From: Novipirellula aureliae
GTDB lineage: Bacteria > Planctomycetota > Planctomycetia > Pirellulales > Pirellulaceae
NCBI RefSeq assembly: GCF_007860185.1
Contig: NZ_SJPY01000002.1
Coordinates: 252,374 to 316,373, forward strand
Length of the DNA stretch: 64,000 nucleotides
Direction: 5' to 3'
Shown here: positions 47,006-58,700 of the stretch, piece by piece
Numbering within the stretch: position 1 is the stretch's first letter
Layout: each line of letters opens with the position of its first letter
Program-made: the position numbers and the translations under genes
The notes under the pieces: model-generated
What the model saw: the letters and a program-made list of their open reading frames with translations, nothing else
Database searches by the model: none
What the model was told of the DNA's origin: nothing

Positions 47006-48166
47006 TCACACCTCTCTCGATGCAATCGATTGATCTTGGCAAGGCTCAACCATCCGATCAATGAATCGTTGCCATGTGAATTGCCTTCCATGTTGGCGAA
47101 TACGATCGCTATCAAAGATCCGTCGATGGTTGAGAATTTCTTCAATGGTATTGGTCAATGGACCGATATCCGCATTATTTAGTAAAACACCAGAAACACC
47201 GTCTGCGATCGCCTCCCCGACGCCGCCATTGTCAACACCGATGCTGGCAACACCTCTCGTCGCGGCTTCGGCAAATGAAATACCAAATCCTTCGACGGTA
47301 TTGTTTTTTAATAGCCGATTGGGCATCACATATAGATTCAACAGGTCGTAGTGACAGACATGTTCACTCTCCGAAACACGACCAGCGAATACAACGTGAT
47401 CGGAGACACCGAGTTCCTTGACTCTATTTTCCAAGAAAGCACGTTGCGGTCCCGTGCCACCGATCAAGTACTTAAGATTCGGATACTTGGTTGCTAGTGC
47501 TGCAACCGCGTCGATGACGAGATCGTTTCCTTTACGCTCATCAAGTCGGCTGATCGTTCCAATAACAAAATCATTGGCATCAAAACCGTAGCGACTTCGG
47601 AGCTCGCGTTGTTTTTCAGGATCTGCGTGATTTTGAATGAAGTTGTCGCCAACACCGCAGGAGGTTCGAATACTATCGTGACCGTACTTTGACTTTAGTT
47701 GAGATTCAACAAAACGCGTCGTACTAAAAATACGTTTGGCGTTTCCGAGCGCCAAACGCATGAGACGGTCCGTCGTTGCGTTGCGTGAATAGCGAATCAA
47801 TTCCGAGCCATGAAGCAAAACCTCGTACTCGATCGCTCCCATCTTTGTCATGATTGGAAATGGAAGGGCATTCGATGCATCGATGACAAGTATTCGGTCA
47901 AATCGCTGTCGACGAATCCAGCGCCCGTTCACCATTGGCCAGAGAGAGCATAGATATACTTTTCCTAATGCCGCATTCCGAGGCCGATGATAGTATTCCA
48001 TTTTGGCTTTTTCATCGCCAAAATCGTTGATCGCTTTTCGTGATCCGTTGGTCAAAACCGTCACATCGTGGTTGCGTTCGACTAAGCCATCGGCCAATGC
48101 GCAGGCAACACGGGCGATTCCGCCGATCGTGGGTCGATATTCGTCGCTAATCAGCAAATATTTCAT
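47006..48166 (-). CDS. glycosyltransferase family 4
   Basis: MKYLLISDEYRPTIGGIARVACALADGLVERNHDVTVLT, C-terminal EGFGISFAEAATRGVASIG E-x7-E-type motif. Confidence 0.75.
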   Translation of the reverse strand: MKYLLISDEYRPTIGGIARVACALADGLVERNHDVTVLTNGSRKAINDFGDEKAKMEYYHRPRNAALGKVYLCSLWPMVNGRWIRRQRFDRILVIDASNALPFPIMTKMGAIEYEVLLHGSELIRYSRNATTDRLMRLALGNAKRIFSTTRFVESQLKSKYGHDSIRTSCGVGDNFIQNHADPEKQRELRSRYGFDANDFVIGTISRLDERKGNDLVIDAVAALATKYPNLKYLIGGTGPQRAFLENRVKELGVSDHVVFAGRVSESEHVCHYDLLNLYVMPNRLLKNNTVEGFGISFAEAATRGVASIGVDNGGVGEAIADGVSGVLLNNADIGPLTNTIEEILNHRRIFDSDRIRQHGRQFTWQRFIDRMVEPCQDQSIASREV

Positions 48167-49533
48167 GGGCTGAACGTTTCGGGTTCCGGATTCACTTTCG
48201 TTGCTTCCTTGCGGATCAAGAAGTCAGGAGAGAACGAAAGGTAAACGCAAACAATTGCAAACAGTATGGCTAGCAACGCTTCGCACGCTAAACTCGTCCA
48301 GATCGCTCCATACCATGAATAGAGTGGAATAAACACAATCCCTGCGATAACATAGGTTACAAGGACAACAATTTGAAGAAAAGTGCGGATCCATTGATAG
48401 CCAGTAGCCGTTAAAAAATTACCACATGTGTAGTGGATCGCTTGGATAACCGGTAACAGAAATCCAATGCGAAGGATTGCGATGGAGCCTTCGAACTCGG
48501 CTCCGAACAAGTAGATTGCATACGGAGCGAGGACATAGAGCGTCAAGGCTATCAGACCGCCTAACACGACATTCACTAACAACACGGCACCCGAAAACCG
48601 AACGCAGGCAGATCGATCTTTATCAGCCAATTCGACCGTGCGTGGAAAGGTCGCTTCTAAAATGGCCCGCATCGGCATGAACGACAAGGCTAGAATTTTG
48701 TAGCCTGCCGAATAGGTTCCGACAATCGCAGCGTTGGACCATCGTGTCAAGAACAGCTTGTCAAGATCGGTGTACACCACCTTGCACATGACGCTCAAAC
48801 CAAATGAAATTGACAGCCGAAAATTCTCCCTTAGTTCAAACCATGATACTCGGGAGATTCGAACGAGACGAGCAAACGAGGAAAGAAAGAGGAACAGCGT
48901 AATCGACAGACCGAGATTCAAGAACAAGACCAGAAGCAGAATCGAGCGATAACCGGCCATGAACAAGATAAACGCAACCAATGCCTTTGTCGCAGCGACA
49001 AGCGTATTGATGGCCGCCGTTCGCGTGATGTCACGTCGAGCTTGATGAATGCGTCCAATCGCCAAACAGCATCGCACCAGAACCAACTCACTGATCGCCA
49101 AGCCAAATATCAAATGCCAAGGCAGCCAGCGGTCCGTACCGATGGCTGCAGAAGCGAGCGCTAAGAGAACCGCGAAAACACCCCCCATGGCGAATGTTGT
49201 CGCCATCGTGTTGGCGACCCAAATCCCCGTTGTTTTTCGATCGCTGCTGACTCGCAATAAGGCGACTTCGGCGTAGCCAATTCCGGATAACGGTGCAAGC
49301 ATTGCAATGGCAGCCAAGGCAGCAGCGAATTGACCAAACCGTTCAACGCCCAACATCCGTGTCAACAGAACAAAGTAGCCCATTTGAAAAGCGAGTTGAG
49401 CGACATATCCGATCCCCAACGTGGCAGATGCCGTCAGATGGGTCCGTGCATGACGAACCTTTTCAACCGAAAAAGCCACGCTACGAATAAGCAACGATGC
49501 TAGACTAGGAGCTGTTCCTCGATGCTTGCTCAC
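48163..49533 (-). CDS. polysaccharide biosynthesis protein / Wzx-like oligosaccharide flippase (MOP superfamily)
   Basis: 456 aa, ~12-14 TM helices with the internal duplication typical of MOP flippases. 4-bp overlap with the downstream GT gene. Confidence 0.6.
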   Translation of the reverse strand: MSKHRGTAPSLASLLIRSVAFSVEKVRHARTHLTASATLGIGYVAQLAFQMGYFVLLTRMLGVERFGQFAAALAAIAMLAPLSGIGYAEVALLRVSSDRKTTGIWVANTMATTFAMGGVFAVLLALASAAIGTDRWLPWHLIFGLAISELVLVRCCLAIGRIHQARRDITRTAAINTLVAATKALVAFILFMAGYRSILLLVLFLNLGLSITLFLFLSSFARLVRISRVSWFELRENFRLSISFGLSVMCKVVYTDLDKLFLTRWSNAAIVGTYSAGYKILALSFMPMRAILEATFPRTVELADKDRSACVRFSGAVLLVNVVLGGLIALTLYVLAPYAIYLFGAEFEGSIAILRIGFLLPVIQAIHYTCGNFLTATGYQWIRTFLQIVVLVTYVIAGIVFIPLYSWYGAIWTSLACEALLAILFAIVCVYLSFSPDFLIRKEATKVNPEPETFSP

Positions 49534-49555
49534 ACTATCGCTTTTTCATGGCGGG

Positions 49556-50143
49556 TCACTTGGTTGCTTCGATTCGCATATCTCGTCCCGGATAATGCGT
49601 TTCGGTGCGATGGGTAATTCTCACCTTCGAAAACCCGATGGAACGCAACTCTCGCTTGATCTCTCGTGCGGACCAAACGTAGCGATGCGTTTCGAATTCA
49701 ATGCGGTCCCATTGGTTTCCATAAAACTGGTTTTTCGCGACTTGGCGTCGCCTTGCAAGCGGATGAAACAACCACAACACACAACGAGTGAAGTCAGCCA
49801 CTTCGATTACTAATCGCCCGCCGTTTCGAAGCATGCGATGCCAATCGGTAAACATGTCGAGCCCAGCCCATCGAGTGAAATGATCAATGGTGTGATAGGT
49901 TTGAATCTCGTCGACGGTGCAATCGTCGAGCCCCAACTTAGTCATGTCCGCAAACACATCCGCATCACATCCATCACGCGAGGAATCTTGGATCTCAGGA
50001 TCATGGGGATGCAGATCCACATTGAGAAACCCTTCAAGACGGACACCGCCGCAACCAAGATGCAAGCGGATCGGTTGCCCTGAAAGCTGCGCAATGCGTG
50101 TCTTCAGATCGGACGATTCAGAGGATTGCGTGGGGGTTTGCAT
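49556..50143 (-). CDS. class I SAM-dependent methyltransferase
   Basis: LHLGCGGVRLEGFLNVDL glycine-rich SAM motif I, followed by an acidic motif II region. 195 aa. Confidence 0.6.
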   Translation of the reverse strand: MQTPTQSSESSDLKTRIAQLSGQPIRLHLGCGGVRLEGFLNVDLHPHDPEIQDSSRDGCDADVFADMTKLGLDDCTVDEIQTYHTIDHFTRWAGLDMFTDWHRMLRNGGRLVIEVADFTRCVLWLFHPLARRRQVAKNQFYGNQWDRIEFETHRYVWSAREIKRELRSIGFSKVRITHRTETHYPGRDMRIEATK

Positions 50144-50622
50144 GGGATAATCTGGTCGAAAGCAAGGTTCCGCGTCAACTCAGCAGCAGACGGACAAAAG
50201 ACAACGGACTGATGGTTACCGTCATGACCATACGATAGATTACTCATTCTCGGAAAGTGCAATTTCACGACTCCTGCGACCTGCGACCTGGGGTGCATGC
50301 CTGAATTTGCAGTGATCCCCCACCGCTGCCGTGAATGGACACTGCCCCACGACCATCATTAGAGGTCCTGCAAGCAACGCAACTCTTTTCTTAAACCACC
50401 TTTTCTGATTTCGTGCAAAAATGAAGATTAATCGTTTTCCAGCGACGATTAGGACTAGCTGAAATTGGCCAGGTATCGTAAGAACGTCTACGCGAAGTCG
50501 AAATCGCCTCTCCTCGAAATCGCTCGCCTTCGCTGGTACAAATCCGAAACAATTGTTGCCTCCGATCGTTTTGTCCGCCAAGCTGCCAAGGCAAAACTCG
50601 GTCTCTGGCCCATCCCTAAGAA

Positions 50623-51276
50623 ATGTCCAAAGCCATGAATCGTCAATCCAAATTCGCAAGCATTTACGACGAACACGAATGGGGAAGCACGTCTCGCAGC
50701 GGCCCTGGATCGGAGCTTTTCCGATTGAAAGAATACGTTGACTGCTTAGAAAAAGTGATTGCACGCGATGACATCCAATCGGTTGTCGACATTGGCTGCG
50801 GCGACTGGAGTTTTTCAAAAAACCTGGATTGGTCTCAAGTGGACTACACCGGCGTCGACATCGTTCCGTCGCTATCGGAGCAACTCAATCGCGAACACGG
50901 AAGCGAAAACATGAGATTCGCTTGTGCGGATCTGACCAGCGATGAACTGCCAACCGCTGATCTGTGCATCTGCAAAGACGTGCTACAGCACCTCTCGAAC
51001 CACTCTGTGCAAAAGTTTTTGTCCGGCAATCTGAAACGTTATCGTTATGCCTTACTAACCAATGATTGGCGGAAGACGAAACGAAACCGTTTTAGCATTT
51101 TTGGAAAGATGCGAGAATTTCAAGTGCCAAACTCAGAGACAGTTGACGGCGGGTCCAGACCAATCCGACTGACCGAGCCACCGTTCAATTTACCAGCAGA
51201 ACAGTTGGCCCTTTTTGATATGCGAATTGGACGAACTCTATTCACGAAAGAAACGCTGCTTTGGACGCGTACTTGA
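50623..51276 (+). CDS. class I SAM-dependent methyltransferase
   Basis: VVDIGCGDWSFSKN (motif I), DYTGVDIV (motif II acidic residue), CKDVLQHL (motif III). 217 aa. Confidence 0.55.
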   Translation: MSKAMNRQSKFASIYDEHEWGSTSRSGPGSELFRLKEYVDCLEKVIARDDIQSVVDIGCGDWSFSKNLDWSQVDYTGVDIVPSLSEQLNREHGSENMRFACADLTSDELPTADLCICKDVLQHLSNHSVQKFLSGNLKRYRYALLTNDWRKTKRNRFSIFGKMREFQVPNSETVDGGSRPIRLTEPPFNLPAEQLALFDMRIGRTLFTKETLLWTRT

Positions 51277-51340
51277 TACCAACCATCGATTTGCCGAAAA
51301 AACATTAGCGTGGCTGAATCCCCCAGGCTTACCCAACCTG

Positions 51341-53218
51341 TCACTTCGTTGTGTCGACGACTTCCTCTTCGGCTGGCTGCTCTTCTTCCGCTGGCAATCG
51401 CCCGCCGTTTTCTCGTGCTTGGATGATGTCAGCATCAATCTCGCGTAGTCTTGCGGGACTGATATGCTTCGACAACAATCGCCTTGTCATCGTGAACATT
51501 TCATCGATCTTTTTCCGCTGACGTAAATTTTGGGGGCCAGCCAATGCTTTTAAAAACGCCGCTTGCTTTCGCCCCATGTCATCGCTAAGTCGCTCACTGG
51601 TTGGTTGTTTCGAAAGTGCATTGAACAGTTCTTCCGCTCGGTCCAACTCACCACTTTGAAGATGATTTTTAATACGCGCGGCGAACAATTCGCGAATGGC
51701 AACGAGATCAACAATCGCATTTTGGACGCCGCGAATATAGGCCTCCGCTTGTAGCCGCATATCGTCACCACTTAAGTCGGCTACCTCTCGCTCGGTTAAC
51801 CCAGGCACCATCGGCAAACGGGCTAGAATAGCACCGCCGTTCTTGACATACATCAATCGCAGTGGACTTCGATCGATGCGGCCAACTTCCAAACGCCCGT
51901 TCCAATCCGTTCGTCCGACAAACGTCATGTCGCCGGTCTCGAGATTTTTATCGTGAATTTCGTAGCCAATGAGCGGAAAGTCCTTGTCGCCTTGGGCGTG
52001 CAACCGCAGCATCGTCGATTCGTTGACGGGCCGAACCCGAAGTGCCATGCGGAAGGTGCGATTGTTTTTGCGGCCCTGTAACCCACCCGCTCGGCCAGCG
52101 TGGTAGTCCATTTCGACCTTAGAGCCGTCCTTTTCTTTTACGACCAAGAATGCCCACTCCAGTGGCCCAATCGTGGTGGGATTCCCGTTGCGATCATTCT
52201 TGCGAATCATCGGTTCAAGCACGTCGCCAACGTTGATCATCGCTGGTGATTTTGGGTCCAAGGCCAAACCACCGGCGCGGATAAGCGCTTTCGCACTGCG
52301 GACGCCTGACTCTTCGATTCGGACCATTGGAGCAAACGAATCGGTGACTGCCAAACCTATCGTACTGGGAATCTCGGACAAATTCAGGCAGGATTCCTCC
52401 GCAACGGTTCCAAAATGTCGCATCAAAGAATCGAGTTCGATGGAACTAACATGCGTCAGCAACGAACGGCGATCGACGCGAACAATAAAAATCTTGTCGT
52501 AATTTCTGGCTGCATCAATGATCAATCCGTTTTGTGGGACGGTAATGATTTTGGCAGCCGGCTCAAGCGTATCCGCCATGCCCCGAGCAACCAAAATCGC
52601 CTCGGTATCCTTTTTCTTCCAGTGCTCAAGCAGCGATAACGTATCACCTTCAATCGCTTTGAGCTTCGGTTTGACACCATCGATTGTTTCGTTATCGATT
52701 TCGGCGGCGGCTTGCTCGACTTGCTCGATCAATGCAGTTGTTCCATAAACGGTCGAAACGTATTGACCGACATTCTCGGCAACTCGAAGTCGAACGGAAT
52801 CGGGATGATCCCGCTTGACGGCTACCACCGGGTCAGTCGATGCGATTTCTTCAAAACTGATATCGGCCAGATGACGCTGAGCTGCCGTCGCAACCGCAGG
52901 CGGTGCATCGGCGATGTCGACTTTCCAAAGTGCGGCAAAATCGCGGTCCAAATAAGTTCTCAACTCATCTTCGACGTCGGCGGCATCTACCAATGGATCG
53001 TTCGACGCGATCCAAATCAGCACACGGTAAGGTGCGAAATCCCAAGGCTGGTCAATTTGCAATGGGTCTTCGACCGATGCCCACGTTGAAGCTTTCTCGG
53101 AACCAGACTCGGAATCTTGAGCCGCCGAAAAGCGGGTGAAACAAACGCACAATACGAGCAGCAAAGATCCTACAAGCGATTGATATGTCATGGAACGATT
53201 CACTATTGCCACCGCCAT
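51341..53218 (-). CDS. hypothetical secreted protein
   Basis: 625-aa ORF with an N-terminal signal peptide (LVGSLLLVLCVCFTRFSAAQD), acidic C-terminus and no recognisable catalytic motifs. 16-bp overlap with the upstream gene. Confidence 0.45.
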   Translation of the reverse strand: MAVAIVNRSMTYQSLVGSLLLVLCVCFTRFSAAQDSESGSEKASTWASVEDPLQIDQPWDFAPYRVLIWIASNDPLVDAADVEDELRTYLDRDFAALWKVDIADAPPAVATAAQRHLADISFEEIASTDPVVAVKRDHPDSVRLRVAENVGQYVSTVYGTTALIEQVEQAAAEIDNETIDGVKPKLKAIEGDTLSLLEHWKKKDTEAILVARGMADTLEPAAKIITVPQNGLIIDAARNYDKIFIVRVDRRSLLTHVSSIELDSLMRHFGTVAEESCLNLSEIPSTIGLAVTDSFAPMVRIEESGVRSAKALIRAGGLALDPKSPAMINVGDVLEPMIRKNDRNGNPTTIGPLEWAFLVVKEKDGSKVEMDYHAGRAGGLQGRKNNRTFRMALRVRPVNESTMLRLHAQGDKDFPLIGYEIHDKNLETGDMTFVGRTDWNGRLEVGRIDRSPLRLMYVKNGGAILARLPMVPGLTEREVADLSGDDMRLQAEAYIRGVQNAIVDLVAIRELFAARIKNHLQSGELDRAEELFNALSKQPTSERLSDDMGRKQAAFLKALAGPQNLRQRKKIDEMFTMTRRLLSKHISPARLREIDADIIQARENGGRLPAEEEQPAEEEVVDTTK

Positions 53219-55641
53219 TTGTCTGCGTCCTGATAAAGCGAAACGATATCGCGACCGACTCCGCGAAGACTACGCCGGTATGCATAGGAATCGACCATCT
53301 GCCATAGCGGGATGACCGGTAGTTCATGGTGCGTGATACCGTGCAGAACCAATAACTGATCGCGAACTTCGCGCCAATTCCGAGCCTCTTCCAACCGCCG
53401 CAGGCCCAGCCCGACGAGTTGATCGGTACTGCCCGCCAATCCGCTCGGGCCAAGCAAGCGGCGGGCATCAATGATCGGTTCCCAAATCGCGGCTGCTACA
53501 TAAACGAGATCGGCGGTGTCAGCGTCGGGGAAGGTACGACCGACGGGAAGTTCGACCAGTTCAACTTCCAATCCAACGAGTTTCCACTGAGTCGAAATTG
53601 CTTCACATGCGACTCGTGACAAGTTATCCGATGGAAACGCCAACCGAATCGGTTTCATCTCAGGCACCTCGTCCTTCTTGCGTTCCGCTTCCGACTTCAT
53701 TTGATTTTCGTTCATCGTCATCAAAAGCTGGGACAACCTCGGTTCGTAACCACGGGCTAAAATCTCTTGATCGTAGGCGTAGCCGAGTGGATCGTTTGGG
53801 TCCATCCCAGCTGGAAATGGTCCCGATACGACTTGGCAGCCCGGGAACTCCATCCCTTGAAGCAACTCACCCTGCAAAATATCTTGCCGGTTGATTGCAT
53901 ACAGCAGTGCTCGCCGGAACGTACTTTCGGCCACAAAGGGATGATCCGAACAAGGGATCAACATATGCACCGTCGGCAAGGGATACTTTTCGACTCGGAT
54001 ATCGTCGCTACGACTAAGTTGGATCGCATCGGCTGGGAACAATTGATCGAGCATATCAAGTTCACCCTTTAGCAACATGGTCACCCCATCGCTAGCCGAT
54101 TCCGTTCGCACCTCGACAATTTCCTTGATCTGTTGGGGGCTGTCGGGCTCGCGGGCCAACACATAGCGAACGGTATCATCGGTGACGACGTCGCGCCGAT
54201 AGGTCCCCGTCGGCTCGCCAGGTTTTCCACCGAACCATTCTCCGTCGATCGGTACTTGCAATAGGCAAGTCGGCAACACGTGCGGACGCCGCAGTAGACA
54301 TTCGATCCGCTGAGGACCACTCAGTCCGATCGCATCCACGGCTGCAGCCCAGGCAGGAAAATAGGTTGGCGATGTACGTTGAGCACGCGCCGCCAAGACA
54401 TCCGCCAGGTAAAAGCCACGAACTTGATCGAGCGGAGGCGGCAATTTCTCGGGTTGTAGATCGAGATCCAATTGCATGCGATCCGGAGTCATCTCGGTAT
54501 CGCCGAAGACGAAGTCGTACTCGCCACCTTCGGGACCCGCTCCCTTCATTTCGAACAGTGTTCGGTAGACCAACCGTCCCGATCGACGTGACGCCCAATT
54601 ATCGATACGTGTCGGATCAAGCACCGTTGCCGTTTGCAGAACACCAACACGCACGAGTGGATAGATGGTATCGATTTCGCGAACAAGTAGCTGGCCCCCC
54701 TCAATTCCCGGGCTCAACTCCACGCTCTCACGAGCGAGCAAACGGGCGGCCCGATAATCCTCTCGATCTTTGGCTGCCAACGCCTCTTTGCGTTTTTCCA
54801 TCGCCATTGCCAAAAAGCTGTCGTTCCATTTCGTGATCGATGTTAATTGCCGTGCACCATATTCCTTTTCCAACCGCGCCAACATTTGCTGAGCTAACGT
54901 GAATTGTTCATCGTCCACCAACTTTTTCATCAACCGATCCGTCACGCCACTGAGTGCGCGAAGGACAACGTCCTTCTTGTACTCTGGTGCAAACCGATGC
55001 AACTCTTCGAGTGTCGCCAGCGTCGCTTTGAAATCTCCTTGGCGAGCGCGGTACACCGAATCTTGAAGCAAATACTCGGCCCGTAGCTCTTTTATCCCAG
55101 GTCGCTCAGGGTAGTCGCGAATCAAGACAGCCAGAAACGGGTAGGCTCCCTTAAAGTCTTGTTTCGCAATCAGATCGGCCGTTTCACGCTCAAGTCGCTT
55201 TTCCCAAAAATCGATTCGTTCGATGTCTTCCCATTTCGCGGTGAGTTTTTGGGTTTCAATCCCCAGCACCTCAAAGAGAAGTCCACCCTCGGGGTTCGAC
55301 GGCATCCGTCGGCCGGGCAGATCGAGTAGCGGCGTTTTGACCCAACCACCGCCTGACTCTTCGGTAAAGAAGATCAAGTCGTGCGGCTCTTCTTGCAAAA
55401 GCTCTAAACCAACCGGATCCGGCACACCCGAATCGGCGTAGTTGACGATTTGAGCCTGAAGCGGCGTCGTAAAAAGGGCCAGACAAAAGAGCGACCATGC
55501 ATTCGCGGCGATCCACTTCTTCCTGGTGGGCAAACCAGAAACGCGGATCGGTCGAGCATCGAAAATTAACTGCATAAGTAAAACCATGATTATGCCCAAG
55601 GGGCGTCGATTGTATTTTTTGGAGGCAGCGGAAGTCGTCAA
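53203..55641 (-). CDS. large extracytoplasmic protein with TPR-like N-terminal half and solute-binding-protein family 5-like C-terminal half
   Basis: 812 aa, signal or TM segment near the N-terminus (WSLFCLALFTTPLQAQI). The C-terminal ~450 aa resemble ABC peptide/nickel SBP family 5, but no partner permease or ATPase is nearby. Confidence 0.45.
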   Translation of the reverse strand: MTTSAASKKYNRRPLGIIMVLLMQLIFDARPIRVSGLPTRKKWIAANAWSLFCLALFTTPLQAQIVNYADSGVPDPVGLELLQEEPHDLIFFTEESGGGWVKTPLLDLPGRRMPSNPEGGLLFEVLGIETQKLTAKWEDIERIDFWEKRLERETADLIAKQDFKGAYPFLAVLIRDYPERPGIKELRAEYLLQDSVYRARQGDFKATLATLEELHRFAPEYKKDVVLRALSGVTDRLMKKLVDDEQFTLAQQMLARLEKEYGARQLTSITKWNDSFLAMAMEKRKEALAAKDREDYRAARLLARESVELSPGIEGGQLLVREIDTIYPLVRVGVLQTATVLDPTRIDNWASRRSGRLVYRTLFEMKGAGPEGGEYDFVFGDTEMTPDRMQLDLDLQPEKLPPPLDQVRGFYLADVLAARAQRTSPTYFPAWAAAVDAIGLSGPQRIECLLRRPHVLPTCLLQVPIDGEWFGGKPGEPTGTYRRDVVTDDTVRYVLAREPDSPQQIKEIVEVRTESASDGVTMLLKGELDMLDQLFPADAIQLSRSDDIRVEKYPLPTVHMLIPCSDHPFVAESTFRRALLYAINRQDILQGELLQGMEFPGCQVVSGPFPAGMDPNDPLGYAYDQEILARGYEPRLSQLLMTMNENQMKSEAERKKDEVPEMKPIRLAFPSDNLSRVACEAISTQWKLVGLEVELVELPVGRTFPDADTADLVYVAAAIWEPIIDARRLLGPSGLAGSTDQLVGLGLRRLEEARNWREVRDQLLVLHGITHHELPVIPLWQMVDSYAYRRSLRGVGRDIVSLYQDADKWRWQ

Positions 55642-55715
55642 GACTTTCGTTTTCCAGCATGGACGAAAGTTTTAACGATTTCCGCTACGACCAAAGGCGA
55701 CTCTGTTTCAAGCCG

Positions 55716-58700
55716 CTAACGGGTTGCCGGAACGTCGGTGATGTAAATCAAACCTTCAGCGCCGGGGACAAGCAAACGATTACCAACCGCAACCGGGGCG
55801 GCTGACAACGGCTGACCGATATCGGATTGCCCTATCAATTCACCACTTGCCGGGTCGTAAGCGATGATCCATCCCGGTTTGCCGGCCAACACCATCACGT
55901 CACCTACCCGAACCGGAGCCGCAACGGGATCGCCCGCGGGAGCGTCAAGTTCAAAGCGTTGTTTACCCTTGGAATCGTAGGCACGAAGTTTGCCATCACT
56001 TGTGCGGAGCAAACATTCATCGCCCGCCTGGACAGGCCCCCAAACGGCTCGGCCATCCAACAGGATTCGGAACGCTTCGTTTAGACTACTCAGATCATAA
56101 CCGACCAAAAAGTCAGCCGCTGGGCCGCTCGTCGTCCCGACGTACACGCCACCGACAACAGCGGCAGGCCCCAGTAACGGCGTTTGTATGTCTTTACTGG
56201 CCAATTCGTTGACCTGTTCGCCAGCCCGTAACCGATAAATCTTTTTGCGGCTATCGGCAATCACGACCTGGTCCGGATCATTTGGCAATGTCACCGGAAC
56301 GGACCATACCACGGTCGATTCGGGGGCTGCGGCTGGTTGGAACGGACTGCCTAACATGATGCCGGTTTCATAATCCATCAACACAACGCGGCCGGTACTC
56401 AGTGGAACGAGTAATCCGCCCCCTGATATGATGGCGCCACCACCGACATCCTTCCCGCCGGGATCACTTCCGCCTACGTGTGCGGTCGGTTTGCCGGCAC
56501 CGAGCCCGAGTTGCAAACGTCTTAGCTTCTCTCTTCTACGGTCAGGATCGTAGACAATGATCTCGCCCGAACCGTTCTGATTCAGCATCACGTAGACGTT
56601 CTCGTCAACCTTGATCGGGTTTTCAAATCGCATTGCAACGCCCGAACCGCCTGGATTTTCGATCGGCCCCTTGGTCGAACCGGTTTGCAACGATTCACGA
56701 TTGATTTCGAACAATGTCGCTTGAGTCGTGATCGCATGATAACTCTGGTTCGCCGGATAAGGCGTAATCATCGCAACCGGGACACCGACATCGGTTTGCC
56801 AAATCTCTTTTCCCGTTTTCGCATCAGCGGCGGTCATACGGATTGCCGACGTTCCACGAAGCACACGAGCGTGTACGAGCGTATCATCGCTAGCGAACGG
56901 TTCGCCGATAAAGTTATCGGCTTCATGCTTGAACCAATCTTGCACAACGCGCCCTGTATTGATCTGCAGCTCATAGCGTCCGATGCGAGTTCCGGTCACC
57001 CACATTTGACTCTTGCTGACGGCCATTTGAGTATTTGTCGGACGATCATACGTGGCAACCTGTTCCGCCACGATACTGACCTTTTCACGTTCAGCCGTGG
57101 GCTCGACTTCGATGACGACCACCTGACCAAGGTCGGTCAAGACGATCACACGGCGACCTTGAACGAGTGGTTTGATTTTCACATTTCCGGTCAAACGAAT
57201 GGGTGCCTGTGCCGGCTTGAGCGATTCGCCACTTTCGTCCAGCGCAAGGATATGCACGCGAGCGAAGTCGGTCCCCGCGTTTTCAAAGACAAACAGATGC
57301 TCCATCAGTGGCACGGGTGCAACCGCAATCGCGCCTTCGGCATGTCCCACGTAGTAGCTTTCCAAGCAAGAACCATCACGTGTGTTGAGCACATACAAGT
57401 TGCTGTGGTTCCCCGGTTGGTAAGCGCGTGCGGTTCGAGGATCGACACCAGGGCCTGCGTCGAGCGGTTGTGGGATCATGGTCGCCCAATTGGTTTCACC
57501 CGAATCGGCATCAAGAACCGCCAACCGCCCCGAAACGCTGGCAACATAGACATCATCACGAACCGCATTGGGTTCACTGAATGGCTCACCGATTCTCGTA
57601 CGCCACCGGAGAACGCCATCTTCGCCATTAAAACGTTGGACTTCGAGTTTCTTTGATTCGCTAAGCAGCACTCCTGATCCGCCTTCAACACGCACCGGTA
57701 AATGACCTTGACCATAGCCAACGAATTTCCGCCACTTCAAATTGCCGGTTTCGCCATCGAACGCTAACACGGCACCGCCTGCGTCGAGATACAGAATCTG
57801 ATCGGACAAGTCGAGTGCTTTGCCCCCAGTGACGGTCGTCAGCACGATCGACTCGGTCGAATCATCGACCTCCGACGCATCGACGACTTGCGGCAAATCG
57901 GTTGCTGGCTTGACCAAGGTTTTCTGGATTTGGCTCGCCGATTGAATCAATTGACTGAGCCGCTTGTCATCACCGAGTTCGGGGAATTCGCGTAGCAGTT
58001 CAAACCGGACATCGTAGGCTTCCTTGGTGTTCTTGGCATCGAGAGCGGATTGCATCGCAGCGACCGATTCGTCGAGCCGGACGTTGCGGTTGATGTCACG
58101 GCGAACACGGTCGCGAGTTTCTTCGACCGTCTGAATCCTCGCTGCCAAGCTCGTTCTCAAACTGCCGGTAATGTAGTTCGGGTTGTCCATCAACTCCATC
58201 TGCTCCGCCAATCGTCCGAGCAATTGTTCCTTCTCGGGGGTATCCTCTGCTTCGCTTGCAGCGTTCGCGATATTCTCGGCAATGTCGACAAGCAATGCGG
58301 CCAAGTTAGCTCGCTCGTCGTTCAAGCCAAGTTCATTCTCAATCGTTGGCAATTTTTCTTTTGCCAAATCAAGTGCCACGGTCGGATCCGTCATCGTCTC
58401 AGCACGATACAGTTCGATCATTACCAAGCGGGTTTTCGCAATCGATGAAAATTGGTGCGTATCGCCATAGGCTTCCAAGAATCCGTTGTAACGCTCTTGT
58501 GCAGGCACGAAGTTCTGTTGATCGTACAACGTGTTCGCTTCGCCGATGTATTCGTCGGCACTTTGACGCGTCAGTAGCGAATACAGACCATAGCCGGAAA
58601 GCAGCAAAAGAATGATGATGCCGGCAAAACCGTAGATTTTAAACGAGTCCCAAACCGATTTGTGTTCGGGTGGCTTTGGCCGCGAACGAACCGGACGCGA

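Noticed and set aside
45889-47145. Long form of the GT4 ORF overlapping the upstream GT4 gene by 140 bp
   Set aside because: The N-terminal 50 aa have no GT-fold homology. The internal ATG at 46995 (MRVMQIVADGSPGGG) gives a canonical GT4 N-terminus and removes the overlap.
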